Assembly (NCBI GenBank): GCA_977017575.1
Contig: CDRNVI010000015.1
Span: forward strand, 186,001-250,000
Length of the DNA: 64,000 nucleotides
Direction of reading: 5' to 3'
DNA from: Paramoeba atlantica
Taxonomy: Eukaryota > Protista > Discosea
Both the position numbers and the translations under genes were made by a program. The notes under the pieces are model-generated. The model was not told where the DNA came from. It made no database searches and saw nothing but the letters and a program-made list of their open reading frames with translations. Numbering within the stretch: position 1 is the stretch's first letter; every line of letters begins with the position of its first letter. Positions 10,527 through 19,802 of this stretch are shown piece after piece.

Positions 10527-13112
10527 TTGTACGTATCTTTTGTACTTTACTTCCTTGTTGCTACCCTTGAAGCAACTGAAAATCAGAGCCTACTATCTGA
10601 TTCTTCTATTGGTGGCGGCAATAAGCTAGACGATGAAGTCCTCATGTCTGGACATGACCCAAAAGACCATCACGCCGCACTCACTTCTTTTAAAAATCAA
10701 ACGACCCAAAGAATTCAGAATCTGTCAAGAAATATTCAAAACAGCACCTCAAAGGGATGCGAATGTGCCTCATGTCACGAGCGCGACAACAAGGTTGATT
10801 CTCACCCAAGTGATAACGTTTTGAAAGAAAATGCATCGGCATTTTTGAAGACAAAGCCGTCCTATGATGCAACGGGATCGAACCGCCATAATTACCTCAC
10901 CGATCCTTCTACGATAAATTCTTTGGACAATACTGAAAAGAATCAGAAACAGGTTGAAGACTTCTTGGTAATTTTAAGAACAACTGCGGCTGCCCAAGCC
11001 CAAAATGTTCTCCGAAAGAGTGCGCAACAAATGTTAGCACCCATCTCATCTGGGTTCAAAATATGGCGATCTGTCGAAAACTTCACTGCTAACGATACGG
11101 ATGCGGATTCACGTAGCAAATTAAATACACGTAACAATATCCATAATGAGTTAGTCGGAATAACTAATTCAAAGGACCTAAATTTAATGGCTTCCTATCC
11201 GGCTTCATTCCTTCTATGTTACGCGGATTGGGATCCTACAACTGCGCACTTGTTGGAAACTCTAAATTCATACCTTCGTACTAAGAATGCTGTGAATATA
11301 AGTTCGCAAAGACTACCGTGGCATAATGGTACTGTTAATCAACAGTCTGTGGCTTTTTCTGCCAATTATTCACTACCTGTCTTTACGTATAATATTTTTA
11401 GAGACACAAAATTTCGTCCCGTTTTGGGTTCTTTAAAAGGTCTGTACTTCATGCAGAGTACCGAACGAGTTCGTGCATTCGCTGGTCAAAATAATGAACG
11501 TGACCTTACTGCATTCCTGGAAAGGATGACTATATATACTTACAAAATGGAACTGTGCGACGACTCGTTAAAAGAAGCTGTATCTTTGTTTGAAACCATT
11601 GCAGTTCTATACTCTCCGAGTAAAAATGTCTTAACTTTACCTAACTTCGATTCGGCTTTAGAGGAAATGTCAGAAAAAATACCTTTATTCTACAATTTTG
11701 GAAATTCCACAATTCCACCGAACTTTTTATACGGTCCCTTGAAAGAAAATTTTATAGCTCTAACGATATACAGGAAGCCGCAAGCATTTTCGAGCAAACC
11801 TTATATGGTAGAAGTCAAGTATTGGGCGTGCGAGAACACTTTTAGTGGTTTTAAAGACGTGAATGGCCGACACATTACTCCGCAGGGCCTAGAGCTTGAA
11901 GTCCTGCGCTCCTTCGACAATATGCTTTCTAACTACCCATCCGAACTTCACGTTTTAAATTTTCAAAATGAGTTAGAGCGTACGCGAAACATGGGAAAAA
12001 AGATGATTGTTCTTTTCCAAAGAGACTTATCGAAAGAGGGTACCCATCTTAGGAAGAGCACTATCTCGTCGAACTGTGTAGAATGCTTGACTACTATTTA
12101 CGAAGGCCCGTCTGGCCAACCAACCGGAAGAAAACAAGGACGCAAAAAATATAATTTCTATTATTTTAATGAATTACTATACCAAAGTTTTTCCAATCGG
12201 TTGTGCATCGCGAAATATCGGCAATGGCTCCCTGAAAAGGAGTTTGCAAATCAGGTATACAACGACTTGAAAAATCTGGTTGTGTCTAATTTTTCCACAC
12301 AAGCGCAAGAGCTCAATATACCAAGAGGTCTGGATCATTGTGTGTACGTCCTCATTGATCCTAAAGACTTAGATTATATCCGATTCGTAGAGTTTCCCCA
12401 AAACAGAGAAAGTGGAATAGAGGAATTAGGAGGCATGAAGGATTGCGTACCAAGAACGCAACCACTGATTTCACGTGCGCGCCATGTTTCACAAGATACG
12501 ACAAGAAAAGTAGATATTTTACACGTCAATGACATGTGGTCTTATTTGAATTACTGTTCTTACCAACTTATTGGAGAAGAAATCCTTCGCAAACCAAATG
12601 CCATAGCTTATTACAACGTGGGGGAGTGTGTGCTCTCTTCCCCATTCCAATCCCTCGTGTTGCTCACTTCCCCAAGTCATGGGCATAGTCTTTGTGCTCA
12701 ACGAACTGTCGATCAGATTTGTGAGCTCAAAACATTTTACGATTGGTCCATAAAAATAGGTGAATACGATATCGAATATAATGGCCTGTTTCCACCGTTC
12801 AAAAATATAGTGCGAGGATACCCAGAATTCTTGTATGTGAACAAGACTCACGTAGTTATCTATACTGGAATAGATCGGACTGTACGTGGAGTTTTGCATT
12901 TTCTTCGTACGCACATGTATGATGTTTCTCATATTGCAAACAGTGAGTTAAGCATCGATACATTAATTTCTGGGGCAATTTCTTCAACTAGCACACGTCC
13001 GTATCATCTCTCTAACGTGTTTAACAGCCCACGGAATGGCGAGCAGCTTTTTCTAGGTATTCAGCACAGCACGCATCATTTATACGGAAATGCGACAGCT
13101 GAAATTATTTAA
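10527..13112 (+). CDS. Large secretory-pathway protein, possibly with degenerate thioredoxin folds; start codon uncertain
   Basis: 861-codon frame with 13 or more N-x-S/T sequons. LLCYADWDPTT resembles a Cys-less FYAPWCxxC. A hydrophobic signal-like stretch precedes the first in-frame ATG (10644). Confidence 0.6.
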   Translation: MYVSFVLYFLVATLEATENQSLLSDSSIGGGNKLDDEVLMSGHDPKDHHAALTSFKNQTTQRIQNLSRNIQNSTSKGCECASCHERDNKVDSHPSDNVLKENASAFLKTKPSYDATGSNRHNYLTDPSTINSLDNTEKNQKQVEDFLVILRTTAAAQAQNVLRKSAQQMLAPISSGFKIWRSVENFTANDTDADSRSKLNTRNNIHNELVGITNSKDLNLMASYPASFLLCYADWDPTTAHLLETLNSYLRTKNAVNISSQRLPWHNGTVNQQSVAFSANYSLPVFTYNIFRDTKFRPVLGSLKGLYFMQSTERVRAFAGQNNERDLTAFLERMTIYTYKMELCDDSLKEAVSLFETIAVLYSPSKNVLTLPNFDSALEEMSEKIPLFYNFGNSTIPPNFLYGPLKENFIALTIYRKPQAFSSKPYMVEVKYWACENTFSGFKDVNGRHITPQGLELEVLRSFDNMLSNYPSELHVLNFQNELERTRNMGKKMIVLFQRDLSKEGTHLRKSTISSNCVECLTTIYEGPSGQPTGRKQGRKKYNFYYFNELLYQSFSNRLCIAKYRQWLPEKEFANQVYNDLKNLVVSNFSTQAQELNIPRGLDHCVYVLIDPKDLDYIRFVEFPQNRESGIEELGGMKDCVPRTQPLISRARHVSQDTTRKVDILHVNDMWSYLNYCSYQLIGEEILRKPNAIAYYNVGECVLSSPFQSLVLLTSPSHGHSLCAQRTVDQICELKTFYDWSIKIGEYDIEYNGLFPPFKNIVRGYPEFLYVNKTHVVIYTGIDRTVRGVLHFLRTHMYDVSHIANSELSIDTLISGAISSTSTRPYHLSNVFNSPRNGEQLFLGIQHSTHHLYGNATAEII

Positions 13113-13313
13113 AGAAATGGAAACAAAAAATAGAGATACTGGACTAGTCTACTGCCTCATTCAACTCTTTGAATCAGTTTGTGTTACCGCTAATCTAAGT
13201 TCGATATACTGATGTGTATTTAACATAATCTGTATGTAGTAATTTATTGATACAAAGCATTATCTCTACCATACGAGCCACTCTTTAGGTATAATTCCGT
13301 AATTTTTACTGTA

Positions 13314-14333
13314 ATGATTGCATCGAGCGCTTTGACTACCCCTCATCGAGATCTCATAAATGACTGTCAAGAGGATGACATTGGCCGATTTCGCGCCACA
13401 TGCAGCTCAGATGGTACGATAGTCATACACCCTCTTGGGGACAACACGAACACAGCGCGCCAAACACTCTTTGGACACGACGGCCCAGTGTGGAGCATTG
13501 CATGGGCACCGATAGCGCTCATATCCAGGGAACTTTTCCTTGTCTCTGGTGGATACGATGGCCGCGTTATCTTGTGGAAAAATAGCATCACTGAAACGGG
13601 CTTGGGGGCCTTCGAGAAGTGCGATACCGAAATTTTAAGCGCTGCTGTGAACCGAGTGGCATGGTGTCCTGCAGAGGCGGGATGGCGTCTGGCATGCGCC
13701 CTCGTGGATGGCACCATACGCGAGTCCATTTGTGAGAACAACAAGTGGGGTATCTTCGCACTTGTGGGAAAGCACGATGCCTCTGTCAGAAGTGTTGCCT
13801 GGTGTCCTGTAGTGCCTCGAGCACAGGAAGTTCCGTGTCCTGTTTTGTGCTCAGGTGGGATGGACGCATGTTTAATGCTGTGGCAAACTACAGGAATTAC
13901 AGGAAACTACAGGAATTACTGTAATAGAGGAGGGTGGTTGTGTCTTATTAAGCTAACTCTCGAGAGTCCGATCCATGATATCGGTTGTGCACCGCGTGGT
14001 GCCTACGAGCAGTCGATAATTGCCGTTGCAACACAACAAAAGAGTATACGAATTTACCATATTAACTTAGAAGATATTTCGATTGCGGATGAGAAAGAAA
14101 GGAAATTTTTTGAACAGTTAGCTACACTTCCTCTGGAAAGTGTACCGTGCGCTGTCTCTTGGTGTCCATTTCAAAATGCATACATGATAGCCGTATCGTT
14201 GGACAACGGGAGCGTAGCCGTGTATTGTGGCACTGAGGATTTCTCTAAACTCCATTTTCCGGGGGCATCCATCGTAAAACGTTTACCTACTATGTGGACC
14301 GAAACGTCTACCGCGCTTTTGGAAGATCTGTAA
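13314..14333 (+). CDS. SEC13: Sec13-like WD40 protein
   Basis: HRDLINDCQEDDIGRFRATCSSDGTI and LFGHDGPVWSIAWAP match the first Sec13 blades; LVSGGYDGRVILW, VNRVAWCP. Confidence 0.8.
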   Translation: MIASSALTTPHRDLINDCQEDDIGRFRATCSSDGTIVIHPLGDNTNTARQTLFGHDGPVWSIAWAPIALISRELFLVSGGYDGRVILWKNSITETGLGAFEKCDTEILSAAVNRVAWCPAEAGWRLACALVDGTIRESICENNKWGIFALVGKHDASVRSVAWCPVVPRAQEVPCPVLCSGGMDACLMLWQTTGITGNYRNYCNRGGWLCLIKLTLESPIHDIGCAPRGAYEQSIIAVATQQKSIRIYHINLEDISIADEKERKFFEQLATLPLESVPCAVSWCPFQNAYMIAVSLDNGSVAVYCGTEDFSKLHFPGASIVKRLPTMWTETSTALLEDL

Positions 14334-14488
14334 GGGTAATGTTTCGAAACATTTCATGCATTCATGTTCGCATGTTTACAAAAAAAAAATGGAATTACGT
14401 TATCCCTATCGCATTGCCTACCTACGGGACATAGTAGACACCCTGTGACATAGGGTATCGACCCATACGTAACCCTTTTACATTTCAC

Positions 14489-15469
14489 ATGTTCCCTATA
14501 AAGTTGTCCTCGTCTACTTTCTCCTCCCATGTCCTTCCCCTAATGCCCGCCGTCGACACCCACGTTGGCACCCTCTCCGCGGCCGCCCTACTCTGGACCC
14601 CCATCCTCCTCGGCACCCTCGCACCGGCCACCTGGCACCCCACCCCCGCGACCGCCTTCCCCCTCCCCTACGCCCTCCCCCTCCCCCCTCTCCTCCTCCT
14701 GCTCACCGCCTACCTCGCACGACGTCCCTCCGGGGAGGGCCTCATGTCCCTCTCCTTTCTCCTTGGGCTCTGCACCCAGTGTTACCTCCACCCCACCGCG
14801 GAGTACCCCGCCCCTCCCCTTGGGGGGGTGAACGTCCCCCCCCGTGCCTCCCCCTCCCCCTCTTTTTCTTTTTTCTCCCCCTCTCTCACGAACGCCCTCC
14901 ATGCCTTCTCCCCGCTCTACACACTCCTCTCCGAGCACGGCATCGCGGCCTGGGCCGCCACCGCCGCCCAGCACCCCCGCCGGGTGCTGTGGCTGCTCGC
15001 CTGCGTGGGCTTCGGCCTCACCAGCGCCTGGTTCTGTAAGCGAGCGGACAGGGCCCGGGGTAGGGGGCGCCGGGAGGGGGGGGCCTGGCGCCCACGGTAC
15101 CCCCTCACGGAGCGGCTCTACCTCGTGCTGCCGTTTGCGCTGGGGGAGGGTGTGGGGTTGTTCTGGGCGCGCGGGAGCCGGGCGACCGTGGAGGTGCTGG
15201 TGGCTATTTTTTTAGGTGAGGCCACGGTGGGGTTGTTTTTGATGGGGTACCATGCGTTGCGGCACGCCGGGGTGTATGGGGGTGACTTGGTGGGGTGTGC
15301 GCGGACGATGCTGCATGCGAGTTTGTGGAATCTGTGTGGGGCGGGGTGTGTGGTGGCGCTGAGCTTGCATTTTGTGATACACCCGTTGCTGCACCAGTTG
15401 TTTCATAGAAACGTGTTGATTAGCTCGTTTGGTATTGCATGTGAGCTTATTTTTTATGACATGTTTTGA
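14489..15469 (+). CDS. Hypothetical multi-pass membrane protein
   Basis: 326-aa ATG ORF with several hydrophobic segments; lies inside a C-to-G skew island. Confidence 0.6.
   Translation: MFPIKLSSSTFSSHVLPLMPAVDTHVGTLSAAALLWTPILLGTLAPATWHPTPATAFPLPYALPLPPLLLLLTAYLARRPSGEGLMSLSFLLGLCTQCYLHPTAEYPAPPLGGVNVPPRASPSPSFSFFSPSLTNALHAFSPLYTLLSEHGIAAWAATAAQHPRRVLWLLACVGFGLTSAWFCKRADRARGRGRREGGAWRPRYPLTERLYLVLPFALGEGVGLFWARGSRATVEVLVAIFLGEATVGLFLMGYHALRHAGVYGGDLVGCARTMLHASLWNLCGAGCVVALSLHFVIHPLLHQLFHRNVLISSFGIACELIFYDMF
14505..15430. other. C-rich to G-rich compositional island 1
   Basis: C runs dominate ~14505-14990 and G/T runs dominate ~15050-15400. Confidence 0.85.
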
Positions 15470-15654
15470 GAGCGGCGGGTGTGGATGGCGTATAGAGGGG
15501 GGTGTCGGAAACGGGAAAGGTTGAGAATAGAACCCCTTGTATCTTGTATTCTTGTTATCCATAGTCTCCCATGCATGAATGGACGATCCCATGAGGATTG
15601 GCCCGCAACATGAAAAAAAAGATTTGAATTATTCTTATTCTTCTTTTTAAGCCA

Positions 15655-16880
15655 ATCCACCGTCACCCACCCATGTACCCCCCCTCTCCTCTACCCCTCC
15701 TCCTCCTCCTCCTCACCCCCCACCTCCTCACCCTCCCCACCTCAACCGACCCTCCCCCACCCCACCTCCTCTACAACCCCTTCCCCCTCCCCTGGCCCCC
15801 TTCCCCACCACCAAAAACCCACAACCCCTTCTACCCCCCCCACCACCACCACCACACCCGAGCCTGCCCCCACATGTGGGACGGCCCCCGCTGCTCCCTC
15901 TGCCCCGCCCCCTACACCGGTCTCCACTGCAACACCTGCCGTCTCCCCTACGCCCCCCAACCCTACCCCTACTGCGCCCCCGGCCCCGGGGTCCCCTCCG
16001 GGCTGGCCCGGGCGAACCACCTCGAGGCCACGGCGCGGGTCAACGCGGGGGAGGGGGGGGGTGCGCCCCGGTGTAACCGCTCCGAGGTGTGTGGGGACCG
16101 GGCGGAGGGGGTGTACTACTGTGGGGAGCGGCAGGCGTGTGTGTGTGAGGGGTGCACGCAGATGTGGGAGCAGGGGGAGGGGGAGGGGGTGGGGGTGGGG
16201 GGAAGGGGGGAGAGGGAGAGGGGGGTTGAGGGGGGGGGACGGGGGAAGGGGGGAGAGGGAGAGGGGGGGCAGGGGGTTCAGGGGGGTCAGGGGAAGGGGG
16301 GAGAGGGACAGGGTGTTCGGGGACAGGGCGTTCAGGGGAAGGGTGTTCAGGAGGGGGAGGGACATGGGGTTCGGGGGAAAGGACAGGGGGTACAGGGACA
16401 GGGCGTTCAGGGGAGGGGACAGGGGGGAGAGGGTGTGGGGGTTCAGGGGAGGGGACAGGGGGGAGAGGGAGTGGGGGTTCAGGGGGAGGGTAAGGGGGAA
16501 CCGTGGCAGGGACAGGGGGGAGGAGGAGGAGGAGGGGGAGGACGACGCTGTGACGTTTGTCCATGGCCGTACGCCGGGGAACGGTGTAACCGGTGTGCGG
16601 TGCAGGGGAGGGTTTTTCCGTTTTGTGCGGAGGAGAGTTGGGTGGAGTGGGTGGTGGGGAAGGTGTGGAGTGGGGGGAGGGCGATCCCGGAGAGGTTGCG
16701 GTGTGGGACCGTGGAGAGGGAGTGTTATGGGAACGCGAGGAGGGTGTTTTATCATCCCGGGTTGGGGCATTGTGTGGGGGAGTGTGTGGAGGGGTGGACG
16801 GGGAGTCGATGTGAGTACTGTCCAGTGCCGTTTACTGGGGTGAAGTGTGATGGGTGTATGGACCCGACACTGCGGTTTCC
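15655..16880. other. C-rich to G-rich compositional island 2
   Basis: C-rich 15655-16020, G-rich 16035-16870, with the switch near 16030. Confidence 0.9.
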
Positions 16881-17010
16881 GTCTTGTTATGAGAGTGAGG
16901 AGGAGAATCGAAGGGCGCGACAGCTTTATGCATATCGCAGAACTGCGGTGATTTACCCAGTAGGGTATTTGTCTGAGGAGGAGGATTCGAGAGGAGAACG
17001 AGCCTTCTAG
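15673..17010 (+). CDS. Secreted Cys-rich protein with three EGF/laminin-like modules and a Gly/Gln-rich insertion
   Basis: Signal-like LLLLLLTPHLL. Three related modules: WDGPRCSLCPAPYTGLHCNTC, RRCDVCPWPYAGERCNRC and WTGSRCEYCPVPFTGVKCDGC. Confidence 0.75.
   Translation: MYPPSPLPLLLLLLTPHLLTLPTSTDPPPPHLLYNPFPLPWPPSPPPKTHNPFYPPHHHHHTRACPHMWDGPRCSLCPAPYTGLHCNTCRLPYAPQPYPYCAPGPGVPSGLARANHLEATARVNAGEGGGAPRCNRSEVCGDRAEGVYYCGERQACVCEGCTQMWEQGEGEGVGVGGRGERERGVEGGGRGKGGEGEGGQGVQGGQGKGGEGQGVRGQGVQGKGVQEGEGHGVRGKGQGVQGQGVQGRGQGGEGVGVQGRGQGGEGVGVQGEGKGEPWQGQGGGGGGGGGRRCDVCPWPYAGERCNRCAVQGRVFPFCAEESWVEWVVGKVWSGGRAIPERLRCGTVERECYGNARRVFYHPGLGHCVGECVEGWTGSRCEYCPVPFTGVKCDGCMDPTLRFPSCYESEEENRRARQLYAYRRTAVIYPVGYLSEEEDSRGERAF
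16260..16490 (+). repeat. G-rich degenerate 15-bp and 36-bp tandem repeats within the CDS
   Basis: ggacagggcgttcag-type units encode GQGVQ/GKGVQ. A ~36-bp unit (VQGRGQGGEGVG) occurs twice at about 16405-16480. Confidence 0.85.
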
Positions 17011-17189
17011 GTTCGAGCAAGTGGTTGAACAACGAGTGTTCATAGATTCCGTAGATTGTAGGTTATTAGTTAGTTTATATTTGCATATGTGTCATCGTAT
17101 TAAGGGTACAATAAGGAGTTACGTGTGATGTTTTTTAAACCGCATAAACGAAACTTAAATTTGCAATATTCCCAGTACAAGTGTCCTTT

Positions 17190-17993
17190 ATGGATCGCAA
17201 CTCATCCACCCCGTCACTCAGTGTTGTGATTCCGACCTATCGGGAATGCGAGAACCTTGAGCCCCTTATTGTTCGTCTATTTGCCTCTTTCCCAGAGAAC
17301 AGTATCAATACTCCAAAAATTGAAGTCATCGTTGTGGATGACAACAGCCCAGATGGAACAGTTGCTGTAATGGAGCAATTGCAAGAACGTTTTCCTGCTG
17401 TTCGGCTTATAGTCCGCACGCACGAACGTGGATTAAGTAGTGCAGTACTCCGTGGGTTTGAGCACACTACGGGGGACATTCTACTTGTTATGGATGCCGA
17501 CCTGCAGCATCCACCCGAGTTTGTCAAGCACCTATACCGGCCGTTCCTCGAGGACGAAAATATTCAGTTCGTTGTGGGAACACGGGAAATTCCACCAAAC
17601 TCCTCTTGGTCAAACACACGCAAGCTTATCTCAACGTTTGCGACTAGTCTCAGTTATCCTCTTACGTGTGGACAAATGGCGGATCCGATGACTGGATTTT
17701 TCGCCCTACGTCGTTCGAAGTATAATTCGTATCGTGAAGCAGTCAGTGCGGTTGGATACAAGATTGCCCTGGAACTGTACGTGAAATGCCATTGTACCCC
17801 AAAAGAGACTTCCGAAGTCACATTTCCCTTTGGTGTGCGTCTGGCTGGGGAGAGTAAGCTATCCGCACGTGTCGTATTTCAGTATCTGCAGCATCTGGCG
17901 CAGCTCTACTTCTATTCCATGGGGCCACTGTTTGCATTACTTCTGTTGATCATTCTGCTGATGATTTCCTTGTACGATCTCCAAAAAAAATAG
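17190..17993 (+). CDS. DPM1: Dolichol-phosphate mannosyltransferase (GT2 family, C-terminal TM anchor)
   Basis: SVVIPTYRE, VVDDNSPDGT, RGLSSAVLRG, MDADLQHPP, DPMTGFF, RLAGESKL. ATG at 17190. Confidence 0.9.
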   Translation: MDRNSSTPSLSVVIPTYRECENLEPLIVRLFASFPENSINTPKIEVIVVDDNSPDGTVAVMEQLQERFPAVRLIVRTHERGLSSAVLRGFEHTTGDILLVMDADLQHPPEFVKHLYRPFLEDENIQFVVGTREIPPNSSWSNTRKLISTFATSLSYPLTCGQMADPMTGFFALRRSKYNSYREAVSAVGYKIALELYVKCHCTPKETSEVTFPFGVRLAGESKLSARVVFQYLQHLAQLYFYSMGPLFALLLLIILLMISLYDLQKK

Positions 17994-18214
17994 ACTCATC
18001 CTTTTATTGGTCTATTTCATGGCAATTTAATCGACACTATTCATTTAGTGTCTAAATTAGACAAATTAGTTTCGACGAACGACTTCGTTTGACGAATTCT
18101 TTTCTGACACATAATTTTATAGAGATGTCCGTGTGCGCATGGACTGAATGATAATGCGTTGTGAAAAAACATTTCACAGAATATTATTTCAAACGTATTC
18201 TTCTCTTCCTCTCT

Positions 18215-19000
18215 TACACGCCCCCATGCTCCCACCCCCCACCCCCTCCCCATGACCCGACCTTCCTCCCCCACCACCACCCCACCCCCACCTGAGATCG
18301 ACTTCTCCGAGACCTGGATCCGTCCCCACACCATCACCGTCGCCCTCCTCGGGGCCGCCGGGATCTGTCTCCTCCACTACCTCACCCACCTCCCCGACGA
18401 CCCCCCGTTCCACGCCTCCCACTACGGCGCCGCCCTCCTGGCCTCGGTCGCCGTCTTCCTGGTCTTCTCCTGCGTCCATCTCCCGGACTCCATGCTTACC
18501 CGACCCCACCCCGCGGTCTGGCGCCTTCTCCTCGGGGTCGCGGTGCTCTATCTCATGTTTATGGTTTTCCTGCTGTTCCTGAATCTCCAGGACGCCCGTC
18601 ACGTGTTTGGGTTTCTCGACCCGACGCTGCTGTCCCCCCCAGAGGAGAGGCTCTACGCGGAGGACTGCAGGCTGTTCCCCATGGAGGACCCGTACCGGGC
18701 GCTACGTGCGTTGCTGGATGAGTTTTTCGTGGCCCACGCGCTGGGGTACTGGGTGAAGATGATTGTGCTGCGGGATGGGTGGTTGGTGTTTGCGGTGAGT
18801 CTGGGGTTTGAGGTGCTGGAGTGTACGTTTCAGTACTGGTTGCCGAATTTTAAGGAGTGTTGGTGGGATCACCTGCTGTTGGATGTTTTTGGGTGCAACG
18901 CGTTGGGGATGGTGCTGGGATATTACACGTTGAGGTATTTAAACGCGAGGGAGTATAACTGGGTGAAGCTGGGTGAGGTCAAGGGGTTGGGGAAAAAAGC
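18215..19000. other. C-rich to G-rich compositional island 3
   Basis: 41/50 codons end in C at 18297-18446. At 18720-18869 only 5/50 end in C and 45/50 end in G or T (hand count). Confidence 0.92.
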
Positions 19001-19628
19001 AAGGCGTATTGCGCTGCAGTTTACCCCACGTTCGTGGCATATCCAGCAGTGGGCGTTCTTTAACAGCCCCGCACATACCTTGGATGTTACTTTTGTTCTT
19101 TTTGTGTTCCTACTCCAGGAGTCAAACTGTTTCTTCGCAAAGCATATACTGTGGATGCCAAGTACGCATCCCTTGGTCGTCGGTCGGGTCGTTATGTGGG
19201 GATTTCTTGCTCTTCCCTCGATTCGGGAGTTTTATTGCTACCGTCGTGAAAGCGCGGGAAAGAAAAACCGACGACTAGGAACCACTGCCTGGGTGTGTAG
19301 TCTGGCGCTCTTTTTTGAGACACTGGTTATTCTGAAATACGCCCGACAAGGAAACTACTTTGCCGAAAACCCTTTGCCTTATCATGTCAAATTCATGTGG
19401 TCCGTGGCGCTTGTGTCATGGATTATTTGGTTTGTTGTACGGTATTGGAGGTTTTGGCAGTGTGGTACCCATAGCATAACACGGCGCGTTTGTTGTTGGA
19501 TTCTATATGGGATTCCTTTTGTGGCATTGGCTATGCTGTGCGCTATTGCAACACCCGGGATTGAGCCTATTTCGGATCCCTGTAAAATATTTGTGGGATA
19601 TCTTTCCGGTGTACCCGTCTTACATTGA
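18252..19628 (+). CDS. Base-exchange phosphatidylserine synthase (PTDSS/PSS family)
   Basis: RPHPAVWR, DEFFVAHALGYWVK, WLPNFKECWWDHLLLDVFGCN. Confidence 0.92.
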   Translation: MTRPSSPTTTPPPPEIDFSETWIRPHTITVALLGAAGICLLHYLTHLPDDPPFHASHYGAALLASVAVFLVFSCVHLPDSMLTRPHPAVWRLLLGVAVLYLMFMVFLLFLNLQDARHVFGFLDPTLLSPPEERLYAEDCRLFPMEDPYRALRALLDEFFVAHALGYWVKMIVLRDGWLVFAVSLGFEVLECTFQYWLPNFKECWWDHLLLDVFGCNALGMVLGYYTLRYLNAREYNWVKLGEVKGLGKKARRIALQFTPRSWHIQQWAFFNSPAHTLDVTFVLFVFLLQESNCFFAKHILWMPSTHPLVVGRVVMWGFLALPSIREFYCYRRESAGKKNRRLGTTAWVCSLALFFETLVILKYARQGNYFAENPLPYHVKFMWSVALVSWIIWFVVRYWRFWQCGTHSITRRVCCWILYGIPFVALAMLCAIATPGIEPISDPCKIFVGYLSGVPVLH

Positions 19629-19802
19629 GATGAACAATAAACTGTTTGTACGATCCACCTAGCTTGATGTGGAAAATCTCTGATGTTGATTGGAGTATCG
19701 TTTCGACCTATAGTAGTATTATTCGAGACTTTCTGATTTTTGGGCTTAAAAATTGTCATATTTCTGTAAGGACATTTTCTTATCTTTTCTTTACATTATT
19801 TC

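Noticed and set aside
14565-17043. Long alternative-frame and antisense ORFs (e.g. 15742-17043 minus, 16061-16843 plus) as overlapping genes
   Set aside because: C- or G-run DNA contains few stop codons. The products are low-complexity with no motifs. The same applies to those at 57830-58939.
17190-19628. Lipid/ER functional operon (DPM1, PSS, nearby Sec13)
   Set aside because: Kinetoplastid clusters are not generally organised by function, and the neighbours are unrelated (Ran, EGF-like protein).
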